A program made the translations under genes and the position numbers. Below are positions 1 through 13,030 of a stretch of 64,000 nt of DNA, piece by piece. Under the pieces are notes generated by a model. The model saw only the letters and a list, made by a program, of their open reading frames with translations, had not been told where the DNA came from and searched no databases. Every line of letters begins with the position of its first letter. Position 1 is the stretch's first letter. Source of the stretch: Lophium mytilinum (taxonomy: Eukaryota); NCBI GenBank assembly GCA_010093605.1, contig MU004182.1, positions 124,001 to 188,000 of the forward strand, read 5' to 3'.

Positions 1-94
1 TCTAGTTACAACACACACCTTTTGACCTCTCCAAAGAATACGCAGACCGATAAATTGATTGCCTGTGTACATCCATGGATCCATATTCCATAGT

Positions 95-2361
95 TCATAT
101 TATAGTAACAGTCTTCTCGACTGCGTTGGAAAGGAGATCATGTGCGGGGAGCACCGCGGTGTATCTCTGACCCACACAATAGACGCCGATTCTCTCAAAC
201 AGTCCAGTACCTGAGCTAGTCTCCCGTATCAAGAGAGCCTCGCATCCGGTTGGAGACTCTACCCTTTCATTATCCCAAGTGCTCACAATCATGTAATACA
301 ATCTCCGGTCAAGGCTGAATTCGCGCAGCTCCTCCATAACTTTATCTGAGACCAGAAATCTTTCCTCAGGCGTCGAGTGTACAGGTGATCGTTGTCCTCG
401 AGAGAGGCCTAGCTTTGGCTTTTGGTATTCGTAGCGTATTTTTACTAGGCCCATATCATCGAGGTGCAAGTGCGCTTTCCCAAGTCCCGGTCCCGTGGAA
501 TTGATCAAGGCCAGCGCTTCCGATTGGAATCGGGCTGCTACCAGCCACCCTCGAAGAACGATGTGCCCACTTTTCACCTCCCCGGTAGGGTCTAGTCCAA
601 GCGACTCACACTGTACATCCACAACCTCGCACTGTAACTTATGATCTCGGTACGATGCGAAATAACATCCAAAATCGACAGCGCCATTGACGGATGCCCA
701 TGACCAGCTAGGAGCTCGATACGAGTCGCTCCCTCGAGCTAGATCGGGTCTTCGTTTATTGGGTTGGTCGTCTCCGTGCCATAAGAGGCCTCTTGGCAAC
801 TGTGACTCCCATATGCCAGCGAAATAGGCGCCAAATTCTTGTTGTCGGAAACGTTTCGCGAGTCCTGAGACCGCAGGAAGCTTGTCCGATATGTACGAGA
901 GCTGGCAACGACTATATGCTTGAACAACTTTCTCCCAAGGTCCAAACGGCAATCGTATCACGTTAGCCCAGCCTGTATCTGCTGATGTATCCTCCGGATG
1001 GGGTATCTCATCAGTCTCCAACCGTAGGAACCGAAATTTGTCATGCTGCTCTTCGTCAATTCCTGCAGAAAAGGACCCGCATTCGCAGTGTGTGGCCACC
1101 CTACAGCGCCAATACACTTCGAAATGCCGATAATAGAGTGCACGAGGGGATAGATATCTTTCTTGAAACGCCCAGCCACGTTGGTAGAGTGGCAAGGGTG
1201 GCTCTTCCTGGACTTCTGCGCGATCTCCGTGAGCGATCGGCCTGCGGGTAAAAGCACACATTGAACCGCCACCGCTTTGCTCCACTTGAATAGGATGTAC
1301 GTGCTCATGAGGACTTCCTTCTTTTTTCTCGTATACGTAGTGACGGTCGTGAAAACATCCGTAGTCGGCGTTCGGGGCAAGAGCGGCAAATATGTTCAAA
1401 ACACCATGCTCATAGATGCTGGCCATCTTCGAAGACTCAATTTGCCAATCATCATTGCTGTCTTGCAGGATGCACAGGCTGTCAATCCAAAGATAGCGAT
1501 AACCTAACCTCCGCGTTATAATCACAGCATCTTGAAAGGTTTTTGGAACTAATTCCCAGGGAATGTTCTCTTTCCATCGATTGAGCGTCTTGCTATCAGA
1601 CTTGAGAAATTCTTTGCCTCCCCAACAGTATGACAAAGTAAAGTAGGGTGGGATCAGAGTGTGGACATCGCAAACTCTGATATTTTGATTGTCCGAGTCG
1701 GTGCCAATGTCAATCAAACGCGCTGGTCTGGGGTTTACGCCGCCATTTGATTGTGAACAGATGTCGTGTTTCTCAAGGCATTCGTGCAGCCACTTTGATG
1801 CTAATTGGAATGTAGAATTTGCAGATGAGTTTTGCGGAGGGGTTCGACCAAATCCAAACTGGTCGTGGCCGTCTTTGAAACGTAGGTCAGTATCGTAGTA
1901 CGACGGAATAGTCGACACAGAGCAGTATTGAAGATATCCCAGTGCCTGAAAGACCACGGACACATTCAAAACTATGTCTATCGTAGAGACGACATATGCG
2001 ACTCACTGTTCTCCATAAAGATCTCGATAATCATTCTCTCTGGAGCCCTGGCTCGATCCCGACCAATACTCGGGAAGAGTACGGTCAGCTGCAACGGCCC
2101 ACTTTTGCGATATTCGTCCTGATATCCGCGATATTCGTCCGGAAATCCGCAACGGACGTCGTATTTGTCGCCGTCCTCAGTACGAATGCCCCAAGCGCGA
2201 AGAGCCGCAATTACAATGGCGCAGTCGCCACATCCACTATTGGCGGCCGCTTGCAGTTTAGAACCTGAGGTTAGACGGTCTGCACCCTGGCCTTGCTTGC
2301 ACAGACGTCGCTTTCGGCATTCTTGACATTGGTGCTCATGCTCAGGCTTGCTGAGATCCAT
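95..2361 (-). CDS. HET (heterokaryon incompatibility) domain protein, 2 exons, ~710 aa
   Basis: HET motifs YFTLSYCWGG, PKTFQDAVIITRRLGYRYLWIDSLCILQDS, SSKMASIY, LYQRGWAFQER and APSWSWAS. An intron at 2006-1873 (GTGAGT..ACTGAC..AAG) joins ORF 1978..2361 in frame to ORF 95..1969 (355+1778 nt = 711 codons). Confidence 0.9.
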
Positions 2362-3053
2362 TGTAGAACCGCCGAGAACTGGCCACAGTGACGTTTAATA
2401 TAAGAGGAGAAGAGGAGGTCTGAATGTTTCTCAATCTTCTGCCAGATCACGACCGGCGTGTGAGCAAGGTAACTGCGGAGAAACAGGCTTGGCTGTTCCA
2501 TAGCCTTCCAAGGTTGCTTTTCTACAGCCCTGTTGAATTCCGAAAAACATCTTAGCCTTGCCGAAGTTTCAATACCTTAAGAATAAGCCGTTTACATCTG
2601 GTCAGATATGTTGTGCGATGGGTCAAGGATGCGTGTATTGGTAAGGGAGGTTGGCGACTCAGCGAGTAAAGACGCTGTGTTTGATCAGGACAATTTAGCA
2701 CGTGATGCTACTCACCGAACGCTCTGAGGAAGAGACTATATAGCTGGATACAGCCCTAGCCACTAAAATTATACCACCGCTAGATTTGAGACATATTCGA
2801 GCACAGAAAAGACTGAAGATCACGTGTCAAAAAGGAGGAACCTCAGCAGCACCAGCGAATCACGCAAGGCTGCCCCTGATCAACATCGATTTCTAAACCG
2901 GAGACTTGACTGCCAGCCCGCATATCCGTAGCCTCCCTGGCCTGTTGCTGCCCCTTCATCATGTTAGCCCCAGACTCCCTGCTTCACTTCTCGTAAACTG
3001 CACCTCCTCGGTCCCCGAAGTCTTTCGCGTTTCACCCGCGAAGGTAGCACAAG

Positions 3054-4556
3054 ATGCCCCGCTCGCTATGGCTGATCCCCCGGATCCTGCTGGCCGGCTT
3101 CATGATCTACGGCTTCCTATGGGTAAAGTCGTTCCCACGCACCTGGGATGACGCGCCCGCCAAACAGAACCCCAAGCCAGAAACTGGCAAGAAAGGCGAT
3201 CATGATCATCAGCAAGGCCACAAAGCGAAGCCCAAGCCGCCCCCAGCCGACCCGGAGAAAGTCATCGTCTCGATCAAGACGGGCGCAACGGAAGCGTTCG
3301 ATAAACTACCCTCCCAACTACTTCTCACGGACTCGAAATATCTGTCCAACCTCCTCCTCTTCTCCGACCTCGAGCAGGACATCGGATCGTTCCACCTGCA
3401 CGATGTCCTTTCCGACATCCCCGAGACGCATATAGCGAATAACACCGACTTCGACCTCTACCGCCAGCAATATGAGTACTGGGATCTAGGCCTCGACGTC
3501 GGCGCCCTCAAATCGGTGCCAGACCCAAACCCCGATTGGCGAACGAAGGGACATAACGCGGCATGGGCGTTGGATAAATACAAGAATCTGCACATGTTGC
3601 AGCGGGCGTGGGATTACCGCCCTTCACGGCACTGGTATCTCTTCATCGACACGGACACTTATGTCTCCCGTCGGAACCTCTATGAGTGGCTAGGCCAGCA
3701 CGACCATACGAAGCCATGGTACTTTGGCGTCCCGACGCAGAATCCCCACTTCAAGGACGGCGACACCTACCCCTTCGCACACGGTGGCAGCGGATTCATA
3801 CTCTCTGGGGAGGCTTTGAAGCGGTTTGCGGTGGACAAGGCAGGGATACCAGGGCGGTGGGATAAGCGGATCGCGAAAATGTGGTTTGGGGACTATGTTA
3901 CCGCCGCTGCTTTACACGAGGAGCTGGGGCTCAACATAACGAGCTCGTTCCCTGAGTTCAGCGGCATGAAGCCCTCCACGATCCCCTACAGCGCCGAGCT
4001 GTGGTGCGGGCCCGTGGTTGCGCTACACCACGTCCGGCCAGAGGAGAGCTGCGCCATGTGGCAGTTCGAACGAGAAAGAGAAGGGAAGCACTCCCCAATG
4101 ACCTTTGAGGAGTTGTGGAAGAAGTTCGTCAAGTCAGAAGATCTAGGCGCGCCGCGTGAGGACTGGGACAACTTGAGCTCGGACTTCTCGAATGTCAAGT
4201 GGAATATCGTCTTCAAGAAAAAGGATGAGAAGCCTAAGGCCAAGCGCTCAGAGGCCGAGGAAGCCGGCAAGGAAGAGCCAGCCTCAGATCCCGATGAGTC
4301 GTTCGAGGCATGCGAGAAAGCATGCGCGATGCATGAGAACTGCATGCAGTACTCTTTCTCCAACTCCACGGCCCCTAACTTCAACGGGAACGGCGAGACA
4401 AAGTGCCATCTCAGCAGCAGCTTCAGAGTAGGCTCGATGCGGGAGCCGGATGAGATTGTAAGCAAGAAAAAACCGACCATTTGGCGGAGCTGGAAGAGTG
4501 GGTGGAGGAGGGATCGCTTTGAGCTGTGGGCGGCCCAGCAGAAGTGTGGTGAATAG
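3054..4556 (+). CDS. Glycosyltransferase family 31 (fringe-like) type II membrane protein
   Basis: 500-aa ORF with an N-terminal TM anchor, IKTGAT, WALDKYK, the DxD motif WYLFIDTDTY, FAHGGSGFILS and a Cys-rich C-terminus (CEKAC..CMQY). Confidence 0.85.
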   Translation: MPRSLWLIPRILLAGFMIYGFLWVKSFPRTWDDAPAKQNPKPETGKKGDHDHQQGHKAKPKPPPADPEKVIVSIKTGATEAFDKLPSQLLLTDSKYLSNLLLFSDLEQDIGSFHLHDVLSDIPETHIANNTDFDLYRQQYEYWDLGLDVGALKSVPDPNPDWRTKGHNAAWALDKYKNLHMLQRAWDYRPSRHWYLFIDTDTYVSRRNLYEWLGQHDHTKPWYFGVPTQNPHFKDGDTYPFAHGGSGFILSGEALKRFAVDKAGIPGRWDKRIAKMWFGDYVTAAALHEELGLNITSSFPEFSGMKPSTIPYSAELWCGPVVALHHVRPEESCAMWQFEREREGKHSPMTFEELWKKFVKSEDLGAPREDWDNLSSDFSNVKWNIVFKKKDEKPKAKRSEAEEAGKEEPASDPDESFEACEKACAMHENCMQYSFSNSTAPNFNGNGETKCHLSSSFRVGSMREPDEIVSKKKPTIWRSWKSGWRRDRFELWAAQQKCGE

Positions 4557-5487
4557 AGGGGAGATGTGAATGGTATACCCCTTGAAGCTGTATCTGCTCG
4601 TGTATAATCATGTATAGACTAATTCGTCTGGAGTTTGAGGGATGCTATAAGGTCTTTAGGCAATTCGGTAAACCTGGGTGTTAGCACAGCAGTAGCATTC
4701 CATTTAATTTAGAATGCGACTCTGATATCTACGAATGAAATGTTTCGGTCTCACATCATGTGCCTATCACGTGCAAGCCATCTGACATGAACATCCTTTA
4801 GCACTTGGCGGGAATATAAAACATTTGAACGCCCGATTCACAGCTGTGCAGGATCAAGAGTTGGAGTAATGAAGTGGATTCAAAAGATCTCTCTTTGAAC
4901 CTCATGGAGTCAGAAGAAAGAGTTGGAGCAGTACAAAAACTGTTCCTCTTCCGCCCACATGGAGTGACCACCAGGTACTCCTCAGCACAAGACGCTGATG
5001 ACCTTCATCCAGAACTCCAAGTAATCATAGTCACTGGAACCCAATTCCAATGGGTAGCACGCTCATGGCGATACAAATACGCAGGAAATCCCGCAGACGA
5101 ACAGCGCCATTACGGAAACGAACTCATCCTCCTCCATGAGTTGTAGGCGTCTGTGTTTTTGGATCCGCTACTCCACCCATGAGGGCTTCCGTGGCGCTGA
5201 TTGATCCAGAGCCAAGGCCGCAGTCATTTGAACCATTTCGAGCGGTTGTTCCAATTCCCCTCCGGGCAATCTCCCATGAAGAATAGAGCGCCTTTGGACA
5301 CTGAATGAGGATTTTATATTCGGTAGTTGAGGGAGAGGCACGTGAGCCACACCGTTGTCACAAGACAAATGCCACAAGCCGCACGTCTCACAAAATGGAT
5401 AACTTGCACTTAGCGAGCTCCCAAGCTTATCAAATTCATTGAATTGTCGGAGCTACTGACTCTCCTCCCTCGACTTCGAAGCCCCCC

Positions 5488-5666
5488 CTAACCAGCAGAA
5501 TAAGTGGCAGAGTTGGACGTCGTCGTCTCACACAGGTCCACAGTCTCAAAGCAGCTCGTATCGTAGAAAAGCACATCATCCCCAACCTCAACACCCACCT
5601 GGCTTCCGGTAACAGAGTAGTACGTACAGGCTCCACCGTTCAGGTAAAAGCTCTTGTAGCCGTTTA
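5488..5666 (-). pseudogene. 3' fragment (last ~58 codons) of the Ser/Thr-rich Cys-domain gene split by the retrotransposon
   Basis: Once the element and one TSD copy are removed, this segment continues ORF 15374..15883 in frame: (AN)GYKSFYLNGGACTYYSVTGSQVGVEVGDDVLFYDTSCFETVDLCETTTSNSATYSAG*, with TAG at 5490-5488. Confidence 0.85.
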
Positions 5667-5871
5667 TGTAATATTTCCAATCACGTAATATAAGAATTTA
5701 GAGGACAATAGATGTTAATTCTATGTAGGAATCTAGCTAGGCTATATATACATTAGAGAGGCCCGTGCAGGCCTTAATTATACTAGATCTATATAGGAAA
5801 GTATTTCTATAGTAGATCTATATATTATATATATAATATTTAAATATTAACTATATATTAAGAATTCTATA
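5667..5871 (-). repeat. 3' LTR (205 bp), with the polypurine tract adjacent at 5872-5887
   Basis: Aligns without gaps to 15194-15398 with 35 differences, all transitions. The adjacent minus-strand sequence reads AGAAGGGGAAAA (PPT). Confidence 0.92.
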
Positions 5872-8424
5872 TTTTCCCCTTCTAGATCTAATTTACTATT
5901 AAATTATATTTATAATAGTATATTATACTTACTACTTTATACTATATATTATTAGTATATTAGGCTATTAGCTTCTTAAAAAGCTTTAAAGCTTTTAGGG
6001 GTATATAATACTATAAAAGGTGTATTAGTAGGTAGTAATATTATAGTAATATTACCTAAGAGGGGTTTAGAATTCTTTAGAGGCCTGCTACTATATTAGT
6101 AGAAGGGATAATAAAGGCATTAGAATATTTAATAGCTTAATAGTAAGAAAGAATTAAAAGAGATTATAAAGTATTTATAATAGAGGGAATTATAAGGTAA
6201 TATAAATATTAGTATACTAGCGCGCATTAGGTTTTAATGCGCAATTAGAGCTATAATAGCTAATAATAGGCTTATTAGAGATCTTATAAAGTCCCTTATA
6301 ATCTAGTAAGAAGCTTATAATCTTATATAGGTCTAAAAAGCTATTAGTATATTATAGAGTAGTAAGTAGTAATCTAGAAGTAATAGATTTAAGAATCTAG
6401 AGTATATATAAGGCCTTCTTAATACTCTTATACTTTTTCTTCTATACTTAACTTTCTTCTTTAAGGTTTAAGCTTCTTTTAGCTTTAAAGGTTTATTAAA
6501 GACTCTTATAGCTTCTCTTCTTATTACTATTATCTTTCTTTATTAATTTCTTTATTAGGACTCTTTCTCTCTCTTAGCTTCTAGGCTACTTCTTCTTACT
6601 CTAAGTTAGTATTATAATATTACTTAATACCTAGCCGGGTTCTATAGCCTCTAGCTTACTTTATAGAAGAGGTAGAGATAATAAAGGTAATAATTCTTTA
6701 AACCCTAGCTATAGTTATAAGGTTCTGCGCTCTTATAAATACTTAGGTATTTTAGCTTATAAAGCCTTATAGGCCTATAGTAAGTTTCTAATAATAGTTT
6801 AGCTCTTTCTCTTAATAAAGCTAATAAGATCTAGTTACTATTATACTTATATTAATTATTAACCTTCTAATAGTCTAGAGGTTCTATAATCTATACTATA
6901 TATAGTTAATAGCCTTTAATAACTCTATTCTACTTTCTTAAGCCTTTTAACGCTACGCTATAGCTTCTAATTATTTAAACTATACTAAATACCCCCTAAA
7001 GTTTAAAGGTAGTAGTAGAGCTTAGAGAAATATACTACTTTAAGAGTTTTTTAGTAATATTAGGGATAATAAACTAATTTTAAATAAGAACTATAGCTAT
7101 ACTTTATACTTTATAGAGCTTCTTAAATAGTATTTAGGCTTAAAAGTAGATTATAGTAAGAATTCTAGAGCTTCTTCTACCTTTAGGGCTTATAACTACT
7201 ACCTAAGAATATTCTTAGAAGGCTATTAGTTTAGTAAATATATTTAAGCTTATAATCTAAATAGTTCTCCTCTCTACTAAGAATCCTATATAGAATATTA
7301 TTAGTAGAGTAGTAAGGGGACTTATTTATTCTAAGATAAGTTTAGCTTTACTTTTAGAGTATCTTAGAACTTAGCTAATACCTATTATAGAAGAATAGAC
7401 TCTAATAGCTTATTAGGAGACTACTAGAGCTTATATTTAATAAGGTTACTATAATATTACTAAGTTTATATCTTTTCTTTACAACTAAGAATCTCTTAAG
7501 AACCTAGCTAAGAATATAGTGCGCTTAGCCTTAGCTATATAGCTACTAATAGAATTAATTTAAAGAAAGACTACTATACTACTATATAATCTAGATATTT
7601 CTTATACTTCTAAATCTCTAATAGCTTAATATTACCTATAGGGCTCTAGTAGTACTTCTACTTAGGCTTCTAGTTTAAAATCTAGCTTCTAGTAATTATC
7701 CGCAGCTACATTAGATTTAGAAAATACAGCTACTTTAGGTTCTAGCACTTAAGGTCTAAAGTAATACTCTCTAACCTTTTCTACTTAGCCTTTAACTTCT
7801 CTAACTTCTTTAACCTCTTATTATTCTCCTTTAGGTTCTCTATAGCGCTTTTAAGAGCCTACTCTTAATATACTATTAAGCCGCTACTTATTCTAGTTAT
7901 CTATTAGTAATAATAATAACTCTACTAGAGAGACCCCTCTAAACTCTACTTAGTATTAGATTAGCTCTCTAAATACTATTCTCTAGAAGAATAGGGCTAG
8001 CAAGTATAGCTAAAATATATTAACTTAGAGCGCGCCTCTAAAATAGCCTTAGAAGAATAATAATAGCTATTCTAGTAGTAGTAGTAGCTATAGAAGTTCT
8101 AGTAGAAGAAGTTCTAGTAGTAGAATAGCTACCTAGAAGGACTAAGAGTATATTAGCTTAGCTAGTATTAATAGAAAAGTATTAATTTTCCCTCCCCTTC
8201 TAGATATAAGAAGGGTTAAGTATAATAGAAGTATAAGCTTAGCTTAGTTAATCTCTAATATAGGTTCTTAAATTTATTATCTTTTTAATTCTCTAAAGAT
8301 AAAATATAGCTAAATAAGTAATAATAAAGAATTAAATACTTAAATCTAAATTAATAAAGAAAATCTAGGTAATAAATATATAGAGTTCTTCTAATACTCT
8401 ATTAGCTTAGAATAGAAGTGCTAT

Positions 8425-11400
8425 TTAAGCTCTCTTGCGCTTTCTTCCGCGCAACTCTATATTAAGAGCTTAGGTAGGTTATATTATAGGTATATTAAAA
8501 TTACTATCTAAATCTAACTTATAATTACTACTAGTATTCTTATTATCTTTAATATTTATTATACTAGTATTACTACTAGAGGAGCTCTCTAATTATATAT
8601 TAGAGCTAGCATTCTTATCTAAGGACTTATTATTTATACGCATTTTAGTATTCTTAGCTCTTAAGTTAATTTCTTTATTCTATAGCTCTACAGTATTATT
8701 AGTTTAAATAATAGTATTACCCCTTAGCCGCATAATAATAGTATCCCTATTATACTTATTATTATCTTAGTGCGTAGTATTAGGTAATTAAGTAGTAGTA
8801 TTTATACTCTTAGGTATTCTATTACTATCTTAAGCTATTTCTAATAGTTCTCTATTATTAGTATCTATAGCTAGCACTAATATATTATTAGGTTATCCTG
8901 CAGGTGCTGCATAATTACTAGTTCTCTATAGAATATTAAGCTTATCTTAACTTATCTCTAGCTTATATATATAAACTTTCTAATAGGTATTTATAGTAGT
9001 CTTGCCTGCATCTTTATATTATATAACTATAAAGCTAGTAACCTATACTAGTATAATAGTTAATTAACTCTTCTTAGAACTCTTTTTCTTAGTAGCCTAT
9101 TAGTCTCTCTTAAGAACTCTCTTTTTAAAATCTCTTAGTATTTAATATAGCTTTAGTTTAGGTAGTTTCTAAGCGTTCTTCTTCTCTTTCTAGAAGAGCT
9201 CCGCGCCCTTATACTACTATTTTAATTAATACTTAGTAATCTTCTAATTCTATTCTACTTTAGAAATTATAGTAAATTTAGACTATAGCTTTCTATTAGT
9301 ATTATCTATATCTAATACATCTATAATAGCGTTATTACTAGGTTTAACTTCTTTTTAATATATAGCACGCTCTTTATTAGTATTATTAAAATCCTCTTAG
9401 TTTTAAAGTACTTAGTTATCTTCTAATATATTATTAGAATATTCTAAGCTATATTTAGGGTCTTCTTAGTTCTAAAACTTTATATAAGTATTAATGCGTG
9501 CATTTACTAATCTATTACTATAAATAAGGTTCTTTAATACTTAATTAGTAGGCGTTTAAAGTGTATAGGTACTAAGAGAATAAGTAGTAATAATCTTAAA
9601 TAGACTAAACTATTTTACTCTAAATTTCCTCTTAACCTTATTTTAAAGAAGTACCTAGAAACTAATCTTCTATTAAGTAACTAGATGCTTCTTAGATAGA
9701 GGTTATAAATTCTATAGGCCTACTATAATTACTTTCTTTAGTAGCTAATCTTCTACTAGTGCGCGTGTGTATTAAACTTTTCTAATATAGGCTAAATAAT
9801 ACTCTAATTTAGCTTCTTTATCCGCAGTCTTATTAAGAGCCGGTACTAAAGTATTATTAGGCACTTAAGGACGTCTACTATATATAAGGTAGTAGGGAGT
9901 ATAGCTATAGAAGGTATTCTAAGTATATATTATATATACTATAGCTAGTAACTAGGTATTCTATATAGCTATATCTTAATTAATTATTAGCTTTATAAGA
10001 ATATTTTCTAAGACTCTATTAAGCCTCTCTACCTTACTATTTACCTAAGGGTAATACGGCGTTATAATATTATAGCGGGTCTTAATAAGCTTTTATAGTA
10101 CTATAATAACTTTAGAAAGAAAGTTTAAACTATTATTAGAAGTAAATACTACTAGGGGTCTATACTAGTAGTAGATTCTTTTATAGATAAATATTACTAT
10201 AGTCTTAGCTTAAGTATTAGAAAGTACTATAGCTTTAGGCCAACCTATAGCGTAATTAATAGTAGTAATAATCTAGTAATTTCTATAAATTAATTATAGT
10301 AATCTACTAATTAAATTAATACCCTATTTATTAAATAGATCTTAATCTTTAACCTAATAAAATATTAGTTTATAAATAATCTTTTCCTTCTATACTAGCT
10401 AGTATAAGGTATACTTATAAGCGTATTTATTAGTATTATAACTTATTATTAGCTACTAGCTATATACTTATAGGGCCTTCTACATGCCGTAGTATATAAA
10501 GTAGCCTAGCCGGTAGATTCTATTAAGGACCTATTAATAATAGAAAGATATAATATATAGTATAGTATTCTTAAGAGTATATAGATCTAGATTACTATTA
10601 GGTTTATAGAAGTAATAGCGTAGTTCTTCTTTTAAAATTATAAAGTTCTAATATAGAGATAGATAGATTCTTTAGTAGTAAAGCCGGTGTTATTTTAATT
10701 TAGCCTTTAATAGCTATTTAGAGAGAGTAGGCTTAAGGCCTATTATAAGAAACTTCTTTAAATCTTTAATATACTTTATATTAGAATCTTTATTCTTAGA
10801 GAGGGCTATAAGGCGTTCTTAGGCAAAATTAGGGCGCCTACTAATTATATCTAGCACTATTATAAGGGCTTCTAAGCGATACTAAATTATAGGGTTATAC
10901 TACTAGAAATTCTTAATCTATTAAGTAAGCCTTAGTAAGGCTTTCTTAGTAGTTTATAGGTATTATAATAAGTAGTAATTAGTTATAATTATTAATTCTT
11001 TCTCTTAAATATAGTGTTGCTAAATTCTAAGCGCTTCTTTAATTGCTAGAAGTTCTTTTTTATAAACTAGATAGTTTAATTTAGCTTTATTAAGCTTTTA
11101 ACTATTAAACATAATAGAGTACTACTTACTATCTTCTTCTTATTAGAGAAGGACTATTCTAATAGTAAAATTAGAAGCGTCTATTTTAATCTAAAAGGGC
11201 TTTAACTAGTTAATAAGGGCGAGTACGGGGCGTTTAATAAGCTTTTACTTAAGAGAGTTAAAAGTAATTTAATAGCTAATATTTTATATAATAGCTTAGT
11301 ACTTTTTCTTTTATATTACGGCGTCGCTTTCCTTTAGAAGCTTATAGAGAGGTGCTAATATATAGGTAAAGTTCTTAATAAACTTTTAATAGTATATTAC

Positions 11401-13030
11401 TAGTCTAATAAACTATTAGATCTTATAGATATTAGTAGGAATAGGCTAATACTAAATAGTGTCTAGTTTATTAGTTATTAGTTTTATAGTTCTATAAGAA
11501 ACTATATAGCTATAGAACTTAATAGTTTCTTAAGTAATTAAGTACTTATTAGTTTTAGTAAATAGTTATTCCTTTCTAAGAGCTTTAAATAATAATTAGA
11601 GGTAGTTAAAATACTCTTTTAATATTTCTAAAAATACTATAATATTATCTATGTAGATAAGTATAAATTAATATAGGTATAGTTATAAGGTGTTATTTAT
11701 AATAGCTTAAAAGGTAGTAGAAGCGTTATAGAGGCTAAAAGGTATAACTAGAAATTTAAATTTCTCTTTAATTATATTAAAAGTAGTCTTATAGATATCT
11801 AATTAATAAACGCGCAGCTAGTAATATCTAGAGGTTAAATTAATCTTAGTAAAGAACCTAGCCTTCCTAAATAACTATAGGTAGTTATTAATGTATAGTA
11901 GGGGGTAGGTATTCTTCTAGGTTACTAGATTAAGTGCTCTATAGTTAATGCATATTTACTACTTACTATTTAGCTTTAGAATAAAAAGAACTAGAGATCT
12001 CTAGGCACTAATAGACTCTTAAATAAGGCTCTATTCTAGTAGCTTATAGATCTATTAGGTCTATTCCTCTATTTAATAATATAAGAGGTAGTATATAGCA
12101 TTATTTACCGGCTTTATATCTCTAGTATTAATTAGATAGTTATATCTACGCTTAGGCGGTAGAATATTAGAGAGAATATTATAGAAATAAGGTCTATACT
12201 CTTTAAGAAGCTCTTAAAACTTCTCTTATATAGAAGTAGTAATATAATTAATTAGAGGCAATAAATTCTTATCTTTTAATAGCGGATTAGTACCGGGTTA
12301 TAGTATTTAATCCGGCGTTAGTTTATTAGAAGCTTTTACAATATAAAGGTAAGCGGAATTAAGCTTATCTACTAAGAGCCTCTTATACTCTTAATAGAAT
12401 ATTATATTAATAAAACTCTAGTATTCTAGTTTAGGGAGACTAAGGTCTATAATAGGGCTTAATATATTAAGCTAATAAGCTACTAGTTTAATCTTTAGGT
12501 TGCAGCTAACCTGCGTTTGCAAGGTAATAGAATTAGTAAAGAAGTTAATAATAGCTTAGTATTACTATAGCTAGGTTATACTAAGAATATATTAATACTC
12601 TTTAAGGTCTAGAATATATATAGTTAAAGTACCTAATAGCATATAGATCTTAAATAGAATCTCTAAGGCTTTTATACTAATTATAGTTATACCTAAGGGG
12701 AGTTTAACTACCTTAGGGGCTATTATTTTAATATTCCTTAGCTAATATTAAGCATGCTTTAATAATATATAGACGGAATTAGCGCTATAGTTAATTAAGA
12801 AGGTAGTCCTTTTCTAATAGTTAAATAGTTCTAAAGTTTCTTTATATTCTAAAAGATATTTACCTAGAGAGTTAAAATAGTAGATCCTTTCTTCTATTAA
12901 TTTAATAATAATTTAGTTAAAAGAATTATTAAAGGGCGGCTAATTCTTTTCTATTATAAGTTTATAAAAAGTAGAAGTCTTATCTTTTAGATTAGTTAGT
13001 TGCTTTAAGGCTACTAACCCTTCTAGTTTT
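8425..13030 (-). pseudogene. RIP-inactivated pol (PR-RT-RH-IN) with a long C-terminal extension
   Basis: The protease codon at 12804, YIDD at 11655, LVHGDRL near 9530 and the terminal ELRGRKRKRA* (stop 8427-8425) all fall in one frame. The gag zinc knuckle is offset by one base, consistent with a -1 frameshift near a RIP-altered (G)GAAAAC at ~13026-13032. Confidence 0.75.

Noticed and set aside
4874..5146. 90-aa plus-strand ORF
   Set aside because: Short, GTG start, no recognisable family; possibly a fragment but unsupported.
6220..6242. Hairpin gcgcatta-ggttt-taatgcgc inside the retroelement
   Set aside because: An 8-bp stem is expected by chance in low-complexity RIP-mutated DNA.
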